A DNA stretch of 64,000 bases from Octopus sinensis (taxonomy: Eukaryota): assembly GCF_006345805.1 (NCBI RefSeq), contig NC_043010.1, positions 15,748,001 to 15,812,000 on the forward strand, given 5' to 3'. The notes under the pieces are model-generated. The model saw only the letters and a list, made by a program, of their open reading frames with translations, had not been told where the DNA came from and did not search any database. Every line of letters begins with the position of its first letter. Position 1 is the stretch's first letter. A program made the translations under genes and the position numbers. This document shows positions 1 to 12,326 of the stretch, one piece after another.

Positions 1-315
1 ATATCCCTCCCTACCACTACACACTCAATAACACTATAAAATGGTAAAATTTTTTCCCCAAGATCTTAGACCCCGCTTGGAGTAAACATTCTGACTAACT
101 ACAAAAGAAACCAGCAAAACAATTTTTTCTTCTTCCCTATCCCCCTTTTCTTCCTTTCCTTCTTTTTCTTTAACACCTCTTTCAGAGACAAAAACACACA
201 CACACATGCTCTCTTTCACTTTCTCCCCATTCATCACCCTCTTGTACTATCTTATATCCCTCCCCACCACTACATACTCAATAACACTATAAAATGGTCA
301 AAATCTTGCCACAAG
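1..315. repeat. Diverged direct repeat of about 60 bp (1-60 vs ~253-315)
   Basis: atatccctcc..accactaca.actcaataacactataaaatggt occurs twice. Confidence 0.8.
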
Positions 316-518
316 AACTTAGCTCAATTTGAAAACTCCACCAGAATGGACGAAAGGGCTAATATATGATATAAGTTATATGATGTATAAAAACATGTAA
401 TATACAAATAAATATCTGTAAATATAAAATCATCCGAATTTCTGAGTACCTCATTTCTTCTAATATAAAATACATGTACATCATCTCCAAACCTTCTGAT
501 ATATATATATATATATAT

Positions 519-810
519 AAAAGCACTGTCTGAACGTGGCAGATACTAGCATCGCCTGACTGGCATCCGTGTCGGTGACACGTAAAAGCACCAACCGATC
601 GTGGCCATTTCCCAGCCTACTCTGGCTCCTGTGCCGCTGGCACGTAAAAAACACTCACGGAGTGGTTGGCATTAGGAAGGGCATCTAGCTGTAGAAACAC
701 TGCCAAATCAGACTAGAGCCTGGTGCAGCCTCCATGACTTATCAGACTCCGGTCGAACCGTCCAACCCATGCTAGCATGGAAACTGGACGTTAAATGATG
801 ATGATGATGA
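519..810 (+). mobile_element. RTE 3'-UTR/tail fragment. Further copies: 7018-7185(-), 8933-9430(-), 10255-10615(-), 11630-11820(+), 20860-21237(+), 30068-30365(-), 31262-31446(+), 32023-32310(-), 47030-47397(-), 49640-49833(+), 50668-50852(-)
   Basis: Shared sequence aaagcacccactac..ggttggcgttaggaagggcatccagctgtagaaa..cccatgctagcatgg..ggacgttaaa(cga)(tga)n, identical to the 3' end of the RTE ORF-bearing copies. Confidence 0.9.
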
Positions 811-1995
811 TATACACAACGGGCTTCCTTCAGTTTCTGTCTTCCAAATCCACTCACAAGGGCTTTGGTCAGCCCGAGGTTATAGTAGAAGATACTTGAC
901 CAAGGTGCCACGCAGTGGGACCGAACCCGGAACCATGTGGTTGGTAATCAAGCTACTTATCACACTGCCACTTCCGCACCTATATGTATATATGTATAAA
1001 AAGACATGATGCTCGTGGGTGGAAAGTCTTTTATGACAGAGCTACTTGACCAGGGCTGACCTGGTACTAAACAACAATAGCAGCCAACAACACTCATGTT
1101 GTCATGGAAACGTGGAAGACAACAAAAATAGAAAGAAAAAAAAACACTAAGAAAATAAAAAAATTAATTAATTAAAATACTTTTCGTAATTAGAAGATAA
1201 TTTTCAATTCAATCAAGTTTGATAGGAACAAGTTTCAAACTGGTTTTCGTTGGTTTCAAAGCATAATCTTTAGTTCATTGGACTGTGTGTGTGTTCAATA
1301 ATTAATGGTCTGATTATTATTATTGTTGTTGTTGTTGTTGTTGTTGGTGGTGGTGGTGTTGTTGTTGTGTATTTGGTTTTTATTGGTCAGTACAGGCCAT
1401 CTATTTTGGTGGTCAGCATTGTTCATCTTGGACAATAGTTTATTTTTGATGTTTTTCTTTATCTTGTGCCAAAAATAAATTTGCTTCTACTGCCTCCATT
1501 ACATCCCACAACCACCACCACTACCACCCACTCACTGCCACAACCACCACCACTACCACCCCACCCACTCACTGCCACAACCACCACCAACTGCTGTAAG
1601 CACTTCACCAGTGAAATCACAAAACCACCCACCCACTCACCAGTGCAACCACAACATACCACAACACCACCAACCATCCAACATCTACCATCAACACCAT
1701 CTCCAGCAGCAATATCATACGCCAACAAGAAGGCTTCTACGTGGTCACTTGGCTTGCTAGACATAGTAACCTAATCTCTCTTAATTATAGCCTACCTTCT
1801 TATGTAATGTATTCCTCGATACGCTCTGTCTGAATACAAAATGGAATGGCCATGACTGGAATACCTTTGATCATAGCTGACCTGAGATTAAACAAACAAT
1901 ATCAGTAAAGACAAATGCCACAATCTGACCAGATCCCTTCTATTTGCTCATTTCCTCAACAGCAACAGCTGGAAGAGGGTTCAAAGGTTTAGTTT

Positions 1996-2530
1996 GTTGG
2001 CCCTGCCTGAGATTTGAAACCAAATCTGCCCACTTGTTGCTTATCAAAACAAGCAGGTGGGAGGGGATGCTCTCCACTCCAGATGATTCATGGAGAAACA
2101 CTTGACCCCCCAAGGATCTGTGCTGGTCAAGGAAACATCAGTCCTTTGTTTAAGGTTCCAACTAAATTACTGACCATAGTCTATATCTCTTCCTCTTTTG
2201 TGTCAGCCAGCCCAAGGGGCAACAGCCTCTTTTGCGCCAGCCATGACCAAAAGCAGCGCTTCCCTTCACCTGGCCACGAGAAAGAGTAGTGTTGGCCCTG
2301 CCTGAGATTTGAAACCAAATCTACCCACTTGTTGCTTGTCAAAACAAGCAGTGGGGGGGGGGAATCATCTCCGCACCAAATGATTGATGGGAAAACACTT
2401 GACCCCCCTAAGGACCTGTGCTGGTCAAGGAAACATCAGTCCTTTGTTTAGGGTTTGACCTACATTACTGACCATTGTCTATATAACAGAGAGCATTTTG
2501 TGTCAGCCAGACCAAGGAGTAACACTTCCC
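1996..2530. repeat. Diverged tandem duplication, period 295 bp
   Basis: gttggccctgcctgagatttgaaaccaaatct at 1996 and 2291. Confidence 0.9.
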
Positions 2531-3637
2531 TTCACCCAAAATAAGAGACTTTCAGTCACAAAAAAGATGATGCCGCCTTTATCCTTTCTTCCTTTCTAGT
2601 CAGCACCATGCATTCCTTACTCTTTCCCTCTCTACTGGCTGACAGCAAGTTCTACACTATCGACTGCTAACCAGTTAGTGGAACATTGTGGAGTTGTCAG
2701 AAAGTCATTTTTCTTTTTTTGCCCCTGAAGTGTAGCTTTAGTTTATAGGATGTACTTTGGACCAAGTTACTGATGTCCAAACTTAACAATAATCATCTCA
2801 AACTCACTAATGTGGGGAGGTTTGCAAAAGCAATGGGCTCCCCACCCCTCTCTCTCTCTCTCACTCTACTTTGCTGATTAACTCAACTGAAGGCCACTAG
2901 GTGGCTTTGAATAAAGAGGGCAGATTAGAGGTTTAACATTATTGGAATGCAGACTGAGTCGTGATCAACCCAGCTGGGTCGACGTGGAGGCACATAGCCT
3001 AGTGGTTAGAGCAGCGGACTCGCGGTCAAGAGTTCACGGGTTTGAATCTCAGACCGGGCAATGTGTGTGTTTATGAGTGAAAACATCTAAGCTCCACGCG
3101 GCTCCAGCAGAAGGTAATGGCGAACTTCTGCTGACTCTTTCGCCACAACTTTCTCTCACTCTTTCCTCCTGCATCTTGCAGCTCACCTGCAACAGACCGG
3201 CATCCCGTCCAGGTGGGGAACCTATACTTCAAGAAACCGAGAAACCAGCCCTTATGAGCCAGGGATGGCTCGAGAAGGAACAAACAAACAAAACAGCTGA
3301 GTCAACTGGGCAAGGGGACCTGATGTTGAAAAACCCAAAAATCCCTGAGACCAAATCACAATCATTATCATCATCATCGTCATCATCATCAACATTTTAA
3401 ATGTCCACTTTTCCAAGCTTGCATAGGCCAAATGGAATTTGTTGAAGTGGATTTCCTAAGGGTGGAGCCTAACCCTACCACCTGAACAGTCACAATAAAT
3501 CTCACACAAGAAACCAATGCTGGCAAACCAGGCTGAATTCTAACCCACGAATCATGGCATTTCTGGAAGGCAGAGCCAAAAGACAATGCTCCAAAACATA
3601 TCCCAATATCCACAAATTTCTGTGCCATGGGTCCACT

Positions 3638-4120
3638 TCTTCTTCTTCTTACGGCATTCACCCGGGGCGGGTTGAGCGGGCTTCATTCATCCTCAATGCT
3701 GCATCTCTCACAAACGCCGACCAGGCCTGGCAATTTGAAGCTAACGACCGCGTAATCCCCAACCACTCCTTATTCCAGCGGCGAATGTCGTAGATATGGG
3801 GGCCGAGGTTGGGTTCCAGATCAGCCTTGACTGTCATCAGCCAGGTTTTTCGTTGTCCACCACATCGCTTTCACCAACCCTGAAGGGGAGCTCGGCCAAT
3901 TGCTTTGTAGGTTGGGTTCCAGATCAGCCTTGACTGTCATCAGCCAGGTTTTTCGTTGTCTACTACATCGCTTTCACCAACCCTGAAGGGGAGCTGGGGC
4001 AATTGCTTCGTAAATGAATTCTCCTGGTTGACGACGGAGGGCATGACCCAGCCAACGCAGACGTCTCGTTAGGATGACTTGTCGGAGGGAGGTGATCCTT
4101 TAAATATTCCTCACCTCCCT
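3638..4120 (-). mobile_element. Second RTE-like family, C-terminal fragment with 13-bp TSD
   Basis: WLGHALRRQ..RQRKTWLMTVKADLEP, (GAA)n tail, perfect TSD ccatgggtccact at 3625-3637 and 4121-4133, internal duplication of about 103 bp. Confidence 0.8.
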
Positions 4121-4631
4121 CCATGGGTCCACTCAGATGACATAAGTCTACTCAAGCAGACACTTACCTTGTAAACCTCTGTATATTATACAAGCCTGTA
4201 TGTGGTTGGTTGACTTGTTAGAAATAGTAAATCAAATCTTCATCAAACCACACCCTTCCATCTTAGATAATGTCCAAATTACACTAGGAAAGATGAGGTA
4301 GTTATGATTTGAATGGCCTTTGATCACAAGTTGTCATTCTGCTCTATCAGGGTTGACCTAGGGCTACACAACAGTCACACACTTGTCATAGATAAAGAGG
4401 TTCAATGGGTATTGCTTCTAATCCTCAGATTAACTAATAAGCCTAAAAGAGATTTGAAAGATACTTACATATGCCATCCATTTTCTTCAGTTGTGTCTTC
4501 TAAGCATATTCTCTAAAATTAAATGCCAAACCTGAAAATCCAAAACAAACAATAACAACATTAACAATGATGATAATAATAATAATAATAATAAAGTAAT
4601 TCTTTTATTGGCCACAAGGGCTACTATAAAG

Positions 4632-4678
<47 letters not shown>

Positions 4679-4903
4679 TAATAATATAATCTTTTCTACT
4701 CTAGGCACAAGGCCTGAAATTTTGGGATGAGGGGGCCAGTCAATTAGATTGACCCCAGTATGCAACTGGTACTTAATTTATCAACCCCAAAAGGATGAAA
4801 GGCAAAGTCGACCTCAGCAGAATTTGAACACAGAATGTAAAGACACACGAAATACCGTTAAGCATTTTGCTGGTGTGCTAACATTTCTGCCAGCTCACTG
4901 CCT

Positions 4904-6612
4904 AATAATAATAATAATTAATTCGTTTATTGGCCAAAAGGGCTAACAAAAATCAATTAAAACATGTAGGGACAAAATACAGGACGAAAGTTACAAAAGG
5001 GTTTTGTCCGTTTAAAAAAAAAGTCATTGTAAAAATATGAAATAACAACGAAAATATGTAACAATTAAAACTACCAATAGGGGGATGCGCTTCGAAAGGT
5101 TACTCATGGAAAAACCCATAAAAGCCACGGGAGCCTGGTCAAAAAGGGGCCAGAGAGCCCTTTTCTCCTTTTATATTTACCTTTTTGTATCACAGGTGTA
5201 ACTTCAGAATTGGTCCGTTCATACTGGCCATTCTTGCGACATTCACCCATCTCTCAATAAACTTGCTATGAGACAGCACTTCCCTCTTGCAGCTCTGTCA
5301 AAGAGACGAGCTGTGGAAAGTCGTGTCTGACAAAACACAACCACACGCTTGAGATGCATGTCTGCACATCAGTAACCACGGTATGCCAAGGCCCCCGTTC
5401 AGCGGCCGTTGACAGCAGATGGAGCGCCTGACCAGTGGTACCTGACCCTTCCACAAAAAGTCAAAGAGCAAGCGCACCAGCTTGGCCAACCAGTGGTCGA
5501 GACAAGGGACGACAGTCAATCGGTAATAGATGACGGATGCGATGTACGCATTCGCCACCTCTGCTCGACCTTTCAGGGACAGCTTCCTCTCGGCCCATTT
5601 CTGGGTGAGATTGGCCACCCTGTTCATCACTTCTTCCCAGTTTTTATCCACCTGGAGATCCGGACAAAACCAGACCCTGAGCAGTTTAACGGGTCCGTCT
5701 GTCCAGCGCCCTACAACACTGTTGGACGGCATGGACTTGCCTCTCCAGGTGCCCACAGACTTTTCTGCATTAATCTTTGCACCTGTCACCGCTTCGTACT
5801 CGTTTAGCGTCTCGCCAATCAGGTCAATGTGCCCATGGCTCAACACCATCACGGTGACGTCGTCGGCATAGGCAGACATGCTGTTTCCACCTCCTAGATC
5901 ACGCAGGATACCCCTCAAAGCCTCCTACTTGCGCAGTAATGGCTCGAGAGTCAATATGTGAAGGAGGAAGGAGAGAGGGCATCCTTGGCGAACCGAATGC
6001 AAAATGTCAAACAGCTCCAAAAGGTGACCGTTCACCCGTATCACCGAGCAGATGTTGCTGTACGAAGAAGCGATCCACCCGTGGAAGACTGGACCAAAAC
6101 CGGCTGCCTTGAGAACAGCTGCTAGGTATCGATGGTCGACACTATCGAAGACTTTACTTTGATCTAAATTGATCAAAGCCCCACCCGTGCCAGCTTCATT
6201 ACCCACCCTCTCTATGATGTAGCGCATGAGATGGAGATTATCGTGTATCGACCTGGTCGGCACGGCGCATGTCTGCACCTTGCCAATCAGCTTGTCCACA
6301 ACAAGCGCCAATCTCTTGGCTAGCATCTTGGCCAAAATCTTCAACTCTGCATTGAGCAGAGTGATGGGCCTAAAGTTCCCTATAATGTCCCCTTTGTTTG
6401 GGTCCTTTCTCAGCAAAGCCACCTCTCCTCGACAAACAAAAGCAGGAATTCTCCCGTTTTGTTGCCAGTTGCAGTAGACGTTTGCCAAGAGGCCCGCAAA
6501 CAAGTCTGGCATTGAAGTGTAAACCCGGCGATCTGCCTCTCGTGCAGTTCTTCATTGCTTCCTCCACTTCTCAGGCAGATATCGGTCTTTCGCAGCACTC
6601 CGCCTCGCTGTC
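4904..6612 (-). mobile_element. L1/Tx1-clade LINE, 5'-truncated, frameshifted, internally deleted RT
   Basis: ORFs 5925-6512 and 5298-5918 carry NFRPITLLN.ELKILAK, LDQSKVFDSVDH, VRQGCPLS, AYADD, KLSLKGRAEV and GGLG. 3' UTR ends ccaataaacgaa plus (ATT)n. Confidence 0.92.
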
Positions 6613-8296
6613 TGAGAGAGAAAGGCAAAACCGACCTCGGCAGAATTTGAACTCAGAACGTAAAGATACACAAACAATAATAATAATAGTATAATGATTT
6701 CTTTTATCTTCCCCCATCAACCCCCAGTATATAACTGGTACTTTATTTTTATCAACTCTTTAAGGATGAAAGGCAAAGGTGAGTTCAATGGTATCTTTTA
6801 TCTTTTACTTTGTTTCATTCATAAGACTTAGGCCATGCTGGGGCACCATCGTGAAGAATTTTTAGTCAAATGAATCAACCCCAGGACTTACTTTTTTTCA
6901 AGTCTGATACTTATTCTGTCAATCTCTTTTGCCAAACCACTAAGTTACAGAGACATAAAACCCACCAACACCAGTTGTCAAGCAGTGGGGGGGGGGGGAA
7001 ATAGACACACACACACATCTTCCTCATCATCATCATCATTTAGCATCTGCTTTCTATGCTGGAATGGTTTAAATGGTTTGACTGAAACTGGTAAGCCATG
7101 GAGGCTACATCAGGTTCCAATCTGATTTGGCATGGTTTCTACAGCTGGATGCCCTTCCTAACGCCAACCACTCCATGAGTGTAACACACATAGATACATA
7201 ATTATTTAACTTTTATTTTTTACTTGTTTGAGTCATTAGATGGCAGCTATGTTGGGGCCCTACCTTGGAAAATTTTTAGTCGAATCGAATCCCGGTCTTA
7301 CTATCTTAAGCCTTGTACTTATTCTATCAGTCTCTTTTACCAAACTGCTAAGTTACAAGGATGTAAACACACCAACACCAGTTGTCAATTGGTGGTGGGG
7401 AACAAATACAGACACTTTGTAAGCCTAGTACTTATTCTATAGGTCACTTTTTGCCGAACCGCTAAGTTATGGGGATGTAAACACATCAGCATCAGTTGTC
7501 AAGCAATGTTGGGGGGACAAACACATACATATATATACATATATATACGACGGGCCTTTTTCAGTTTCCGCCTACCAAATCCACTCACAAGGCTTTGGTC
7601 AGCCCGAGGCTGTAGTAGAAGACACTTGCCCAAAGTGCCACGTGGTGGGACTGAACCCGGAACCATGTGGTTGGTAAGCAAGCTACTTACCACACAGCTA
7701 CTCCTGCGCCTATATGTATGTATACATATGTAGTGGCTTCATACAGGCATAGCATGGATTCGATCCTTGATCACCAAATTTCAATTAATAGTTCAACAGC
7801 TCTTTTCTCATGGTAAAACAATAGTTCTTCTGTAAGTGACAGCAGTTACATGTGCCAAATGCCTTCGCTAAGTAGAATAATGTCTTTGTCACTTGACCTT
7901 TCTAACCTCATCTAGTGGAGGCACATAGCCTAGTGGTTAGAGCAGCAGACTAGTGGGATCGCAGGTTCAAATCTCAGACCGGGCGATGTGTGTGTTTATA
8001 AGCGAAACACCTAAGCTCCACGCAGCTCCAGCAGAAGGTAATGGCGAACTTCTGCTGACTCTTTCGCCACAACTTTCTCTCACTCTTTCCTCCTGCATCT
8101 TGCAGCTTACCTGCGATGGACCAGCGTCCCGTCCAGGTGGAGAATCTATACGCCAAGGAAACCGGGAAACCGGCCCTTATGAGCCCGGAATGGCTCGAGA
8201 AGGAACAAACAACAAAACTTCTTCTAGGCCACTAAAAGCTAGAATAGAGATAATAGACCACCAACAAAATCCATTCTCAACAACATGTCCGTCTTT

Positions 8297-8366
8297 CTAA
8301 CTAGTTTTGGATAGTTATAAATACTAGAACAAATTCTAGTATTTATAACTATCCAAAACTAGTTAG
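8297..8366. repeat. Perfect palindrome with 33-bp arms and a 4-nt loop
   Basis: ctaactagttttggatagttataaatactagaa-caaa-ttctagtatttataactatccaaaactagttag. Confidence 0.97.
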
Positions 8367-8796
8367 TGAACAGACGAGAGTCATAGTCACAAGCAGGCTG
8401 CCACTAAAGACAAATGGCCAGAGGGAGAAAGAAGGTTACAACCAGCCAACTATGAGACAACTTCCCTTGACTCTATAACTTTCTGTAACTCACATTCTGT
8501 TCTCTGTAACATTACCATATCTCTCTCTATACACTACTATGAGAACAAATACACACCCTGGCCGAAATTAACTCTTTTTACCTCACATGCTTTTCCATTT
8601 ACTAATTATACATACCAACCTGTCGCAGTTTTGGATACATACAAAGTAATGGTAAATGAAAATATCTCTTTACAACTTCAACCACTGTTCTTCTTCCATC
8701 TTGCATACTGGCAACCAACACCTTAACAACAAACCACTACAATTGGTGACGACTCCGACATTCCATCCTATTGTTTATCTATTATTGTTTAACCAT

Positions 8797-8837
<41 letters not shown>

Positions 8838-11800
8838 AAACAAAAGAAAAAAATTCCTTCAAAGGGATGTAAATAAATTGTCAATTGTATTTAATTCATT
8901 TAATATTTGTATGTATGTATGTATATATATATATCATCATCATCATCATTTAACGTCTGCTTTCCATGCTAGCATGGGTTGGACGGTCCAACTGGGGTCT
9001 GGGGAGCCCGAAGGCTGCACCAGGCCAGTCAGATCTGGCAGTGTTTCTACAGCTGGATGCCCTTCCTAACGCCAACCACTCCGAGAGTGTAGTGGGTGAT
9101 TTTATGTGCCACCGACACAGGTGCCAGACGAGGCTGGCGAACGGCCACACTCGGATGGTGTTTTTTATGTGCCACCGACACAGGTGCCAGACGAGGCTGG
9201 CAGACAGCCACGCTCGGATGGTGTTTTTATGTGCCACCGACACAGGTGCCAGATGAGGCTGGCGAACGGCCACGATCGGATGGTGTTTGTTACGTGCCCA
9301 CAGCACGGAGGCCAGTCGATGCGGTACTGGCTACCGCCACGTTCGGATGGTTTTCTTGTGTGCCACCGGCACTGGTACCACAAAGATACAAATTCCATTG
9401 ATGTTCATCTATTTTGATTTGTTTTGATTTGATATATATATATATATATCATAAAACAAAGAAAAAACTATTCCTTCAAAGGGATGTAAATAAATTGTTA
9501 GTTTCATCATCATCATCATACTCCAGTTTTTTAAATCTGGGCTTTTGTCCCCGTTAATGGGGGTGGCCAGATCTACCTCAATGCCATAACAACAGAAGTA
9601 GGCAGGTGCAGCCCACCACAACCCTTGGGGTGGCTGGTGCCCATTCTCCTTTGCTATCATGAGGCTTTTTTGGAGCTGGATTTTCTATGGGGAGCAGGCC
9701 CTTGTTTATCCCCAACCTCAGTTTCTAGACATGAGTGGTCCTGAGACCAAGGCTTCTATGATGATTTTTAAGAAATGTGATAGAAAACTAGCTCAAGAAG
9801 GCAGGGACGCTACTCCCTGAGACCCCTGTCGAAGGCCCCCTACCCTAGTTTGTCAATTGTATTTCTCTATTTCATTTAATATTTGTGTGTGTGTGCGTCG
9901 TATATGACCATGAAATTGCACCTAGAAAGTTACCCGTTACCGTCTGAGGCATAAATCCAGGAAACATTGTTTATGGAAAACCAGCAGTTACTCGTGCATG
10001 CCAGCCACCCCCTCTCCATGTCAGTGACATTACCCAAGGGAAAGGCAAAGACCAATACAATTTGGTACCGGTGATGTCACAACATATTTCTACAGCTGAG
10101 TGAACTGAACCAACATGAAATAAAGTGTCTTGCTCAAGAACACAACACACAGCCCAGTCCGGGAATCAAACTCACTACCCCGTGATTGTAAGCCCAATGC
10201 TCTAACCACTGAGCCATGCATATTTACAACCATGCTATCTAGCAGCTAAGCACATCATCATCATCATCATCATTGTTTAACGTCCGCTTTCCATGCTAGC
10301 ATGGGTTGGATGGTTCAACTGGGGTCTGGGAGGCCAGAAGGCTGCACCAGGCCCAGTCTGATCTGGCAGTGTTTCTACAGCTGGATGCCCTTCCTGACGC
10401 CAACCACTCTGTGAGTGTAGTGGGTGCTTTTTATGTGCCACCAGCATGGGGGCCAGATGAGGCTGGCAAACAACCACGATCAAATGGTACTTTTTACGTG
10501 CCACCGGCATGGAGGCCAATCGGGGTGGCGCAGGCAACGGCCACATTCGAATGGTTCTCTTACATGCCACCGGCACTGGTACCACAGCTATAATTTCCAT
10601 TGATGTTGATCAATTTATGAATCTCAGGAGATGGGGCTAAAAGTCTAGAAAAAGCTGGATGTGTTGTTTCTTATCACTGTTTTGGTTTTTTGACAAATCA
10701 ACAAGAGAGAACTTTTGTCAGAGAAGCAAGAGAAAAGAAAGCAGGAGGAATGAATCTATTGAAGCGGAAACCATTGTATCTCTCTGAATATAAATGGCAA
10801 AATTTCTGCGTGTGTGTCCTTTACACAAATCCACAATTTTTCAGTTAGAGGGCTCACACTTTCTATGGTCATTCAAGACCATCCAAGGGTGGTTGTGCAC
10901 ATCTTTACATTTTCCCAGTCACCCTGCAAAGCCATTAAAAAAATCAATAGAAGTGACTTTTTTGTGAATTTTCTATCCAAAACCCAATCAAAATGCCCGA
11001 AACTTGATACGCTTAGCCCTTTAGTGTTCTGATTATTCTATCAAACACAATGCTTATTGATTCCCATTGATTTGAATTAATCATGCATTATCCCATATCT
11101 TCAAGATCTTGATGGTGTAATTACCTAATGTAGAATAATATTGTAGGGTAGGTGTGAGAGCCTGGATCAGGTCAGTTTGAACATAAAACAGATTAACTAT
11201 TTTGACCGGATATGGCCGGTTTAAATACTAAAGGGTCAAAGCTCATCAGCAATTAAGTGAGAAGATTACATTGTCTTGTTAAACCTCCTTCCCCAGTGTA
11301 CATAACCCACACCTGATATACCCTTATTCTTTTACTTGCTTGTCATTTGACTGTGGCCATGCTGAAGCACCGCCTTTAGTCGAACAAGTCAACCCCAGGA
11401 CTTATCCTTTGTAAGCCTAGTACTTATTCTATCAGTCTCTTTTGCCAAACCGCTAAGTTATTGGGACGTAAACAAAACCAACGTCAGTTGTCAAGTGATG
11501 GTGGGGGGGAGGGGTATACACACACAAATACATACATACATATATACATATATATATATACCAATTATATACTTTTTATTTATTATTTTGTACATTACTT
11601 AATCATTGGTATATGTTATATTTAATTACGTGCAGGTGGCACGTAAAAAGCACCCACTACACTCGCGGAGTGGTTGGCATTAGGAAGGGCATCCAGCTGT
11701 AGAAACTCTGCCAGATCAGACTGGATCCTGGTGCAGCCCCTGGCTTCCCAGACCTCAGTCGAACTATCCAACCCGTGCTAGCGCGGAAAACGAACGTTAA

Positions 11801-12326
11801 ACGATGATGATGATGATGATATATACATATATATATATATATATATACGATGGGCTTCTTTCAATTCACGTCTACCAAATCCACTTTGGTTAGCCTGAGG
11901 CTATAGTAGAAGACACTTGCCCAAGATACCACACAGTGGAACTGAACTTGGAACCATGTGGTTGGGAAGCAAGCTTCTTACCTCACAGCCACTCATGCGC
12001 CTATAGATTACATTTAAGAAGCATTTCTTAATTATCTGAAAGAAAAGTTTACCTAGGAAAATGAATGGAATGCAAACAAACTTTCATCTCCACTTGTCAG
12101 CTATTTGCAATGACAACAAAGTCATGGAGATAAAAAGCACCAGTGATGGTGCCACATAAAAAGGCACCCACGCCACTGTCTTTTAAAAAGCACTTATGCT
12201 AATGTCAGGTAAGAAGCACCTGTGCAGGTGTCATGAAAGAAGCACCTGTGCAGGTGTCGTGAAAGAAGCACCCAAGCCAGCACAGGTAAAAAGCACTTGT
12301 GCCAGTTCCACACTAGAAGCATTCAT

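Noticed and set aside
2810-2850. AMGS motif suggestive of a Penelope RT
   Set aside because: There are no neighbouring RT motifs, and the match is too short.
2984-3060. tRNA genes at SINE heads (families A, C, D, G)
   Set aside because: A and B boxes are present, but there is no complete acceptor stem or oligo-T terminator, and all continue into SINE bodies with TSDs.
4162-4168. Isolated minus-strand GTAAGT donors (also 16638-16643 and 59752-59757)
   Set aside because: No convincing exon can be built, and they are expected by chance in AT-rich DNA.
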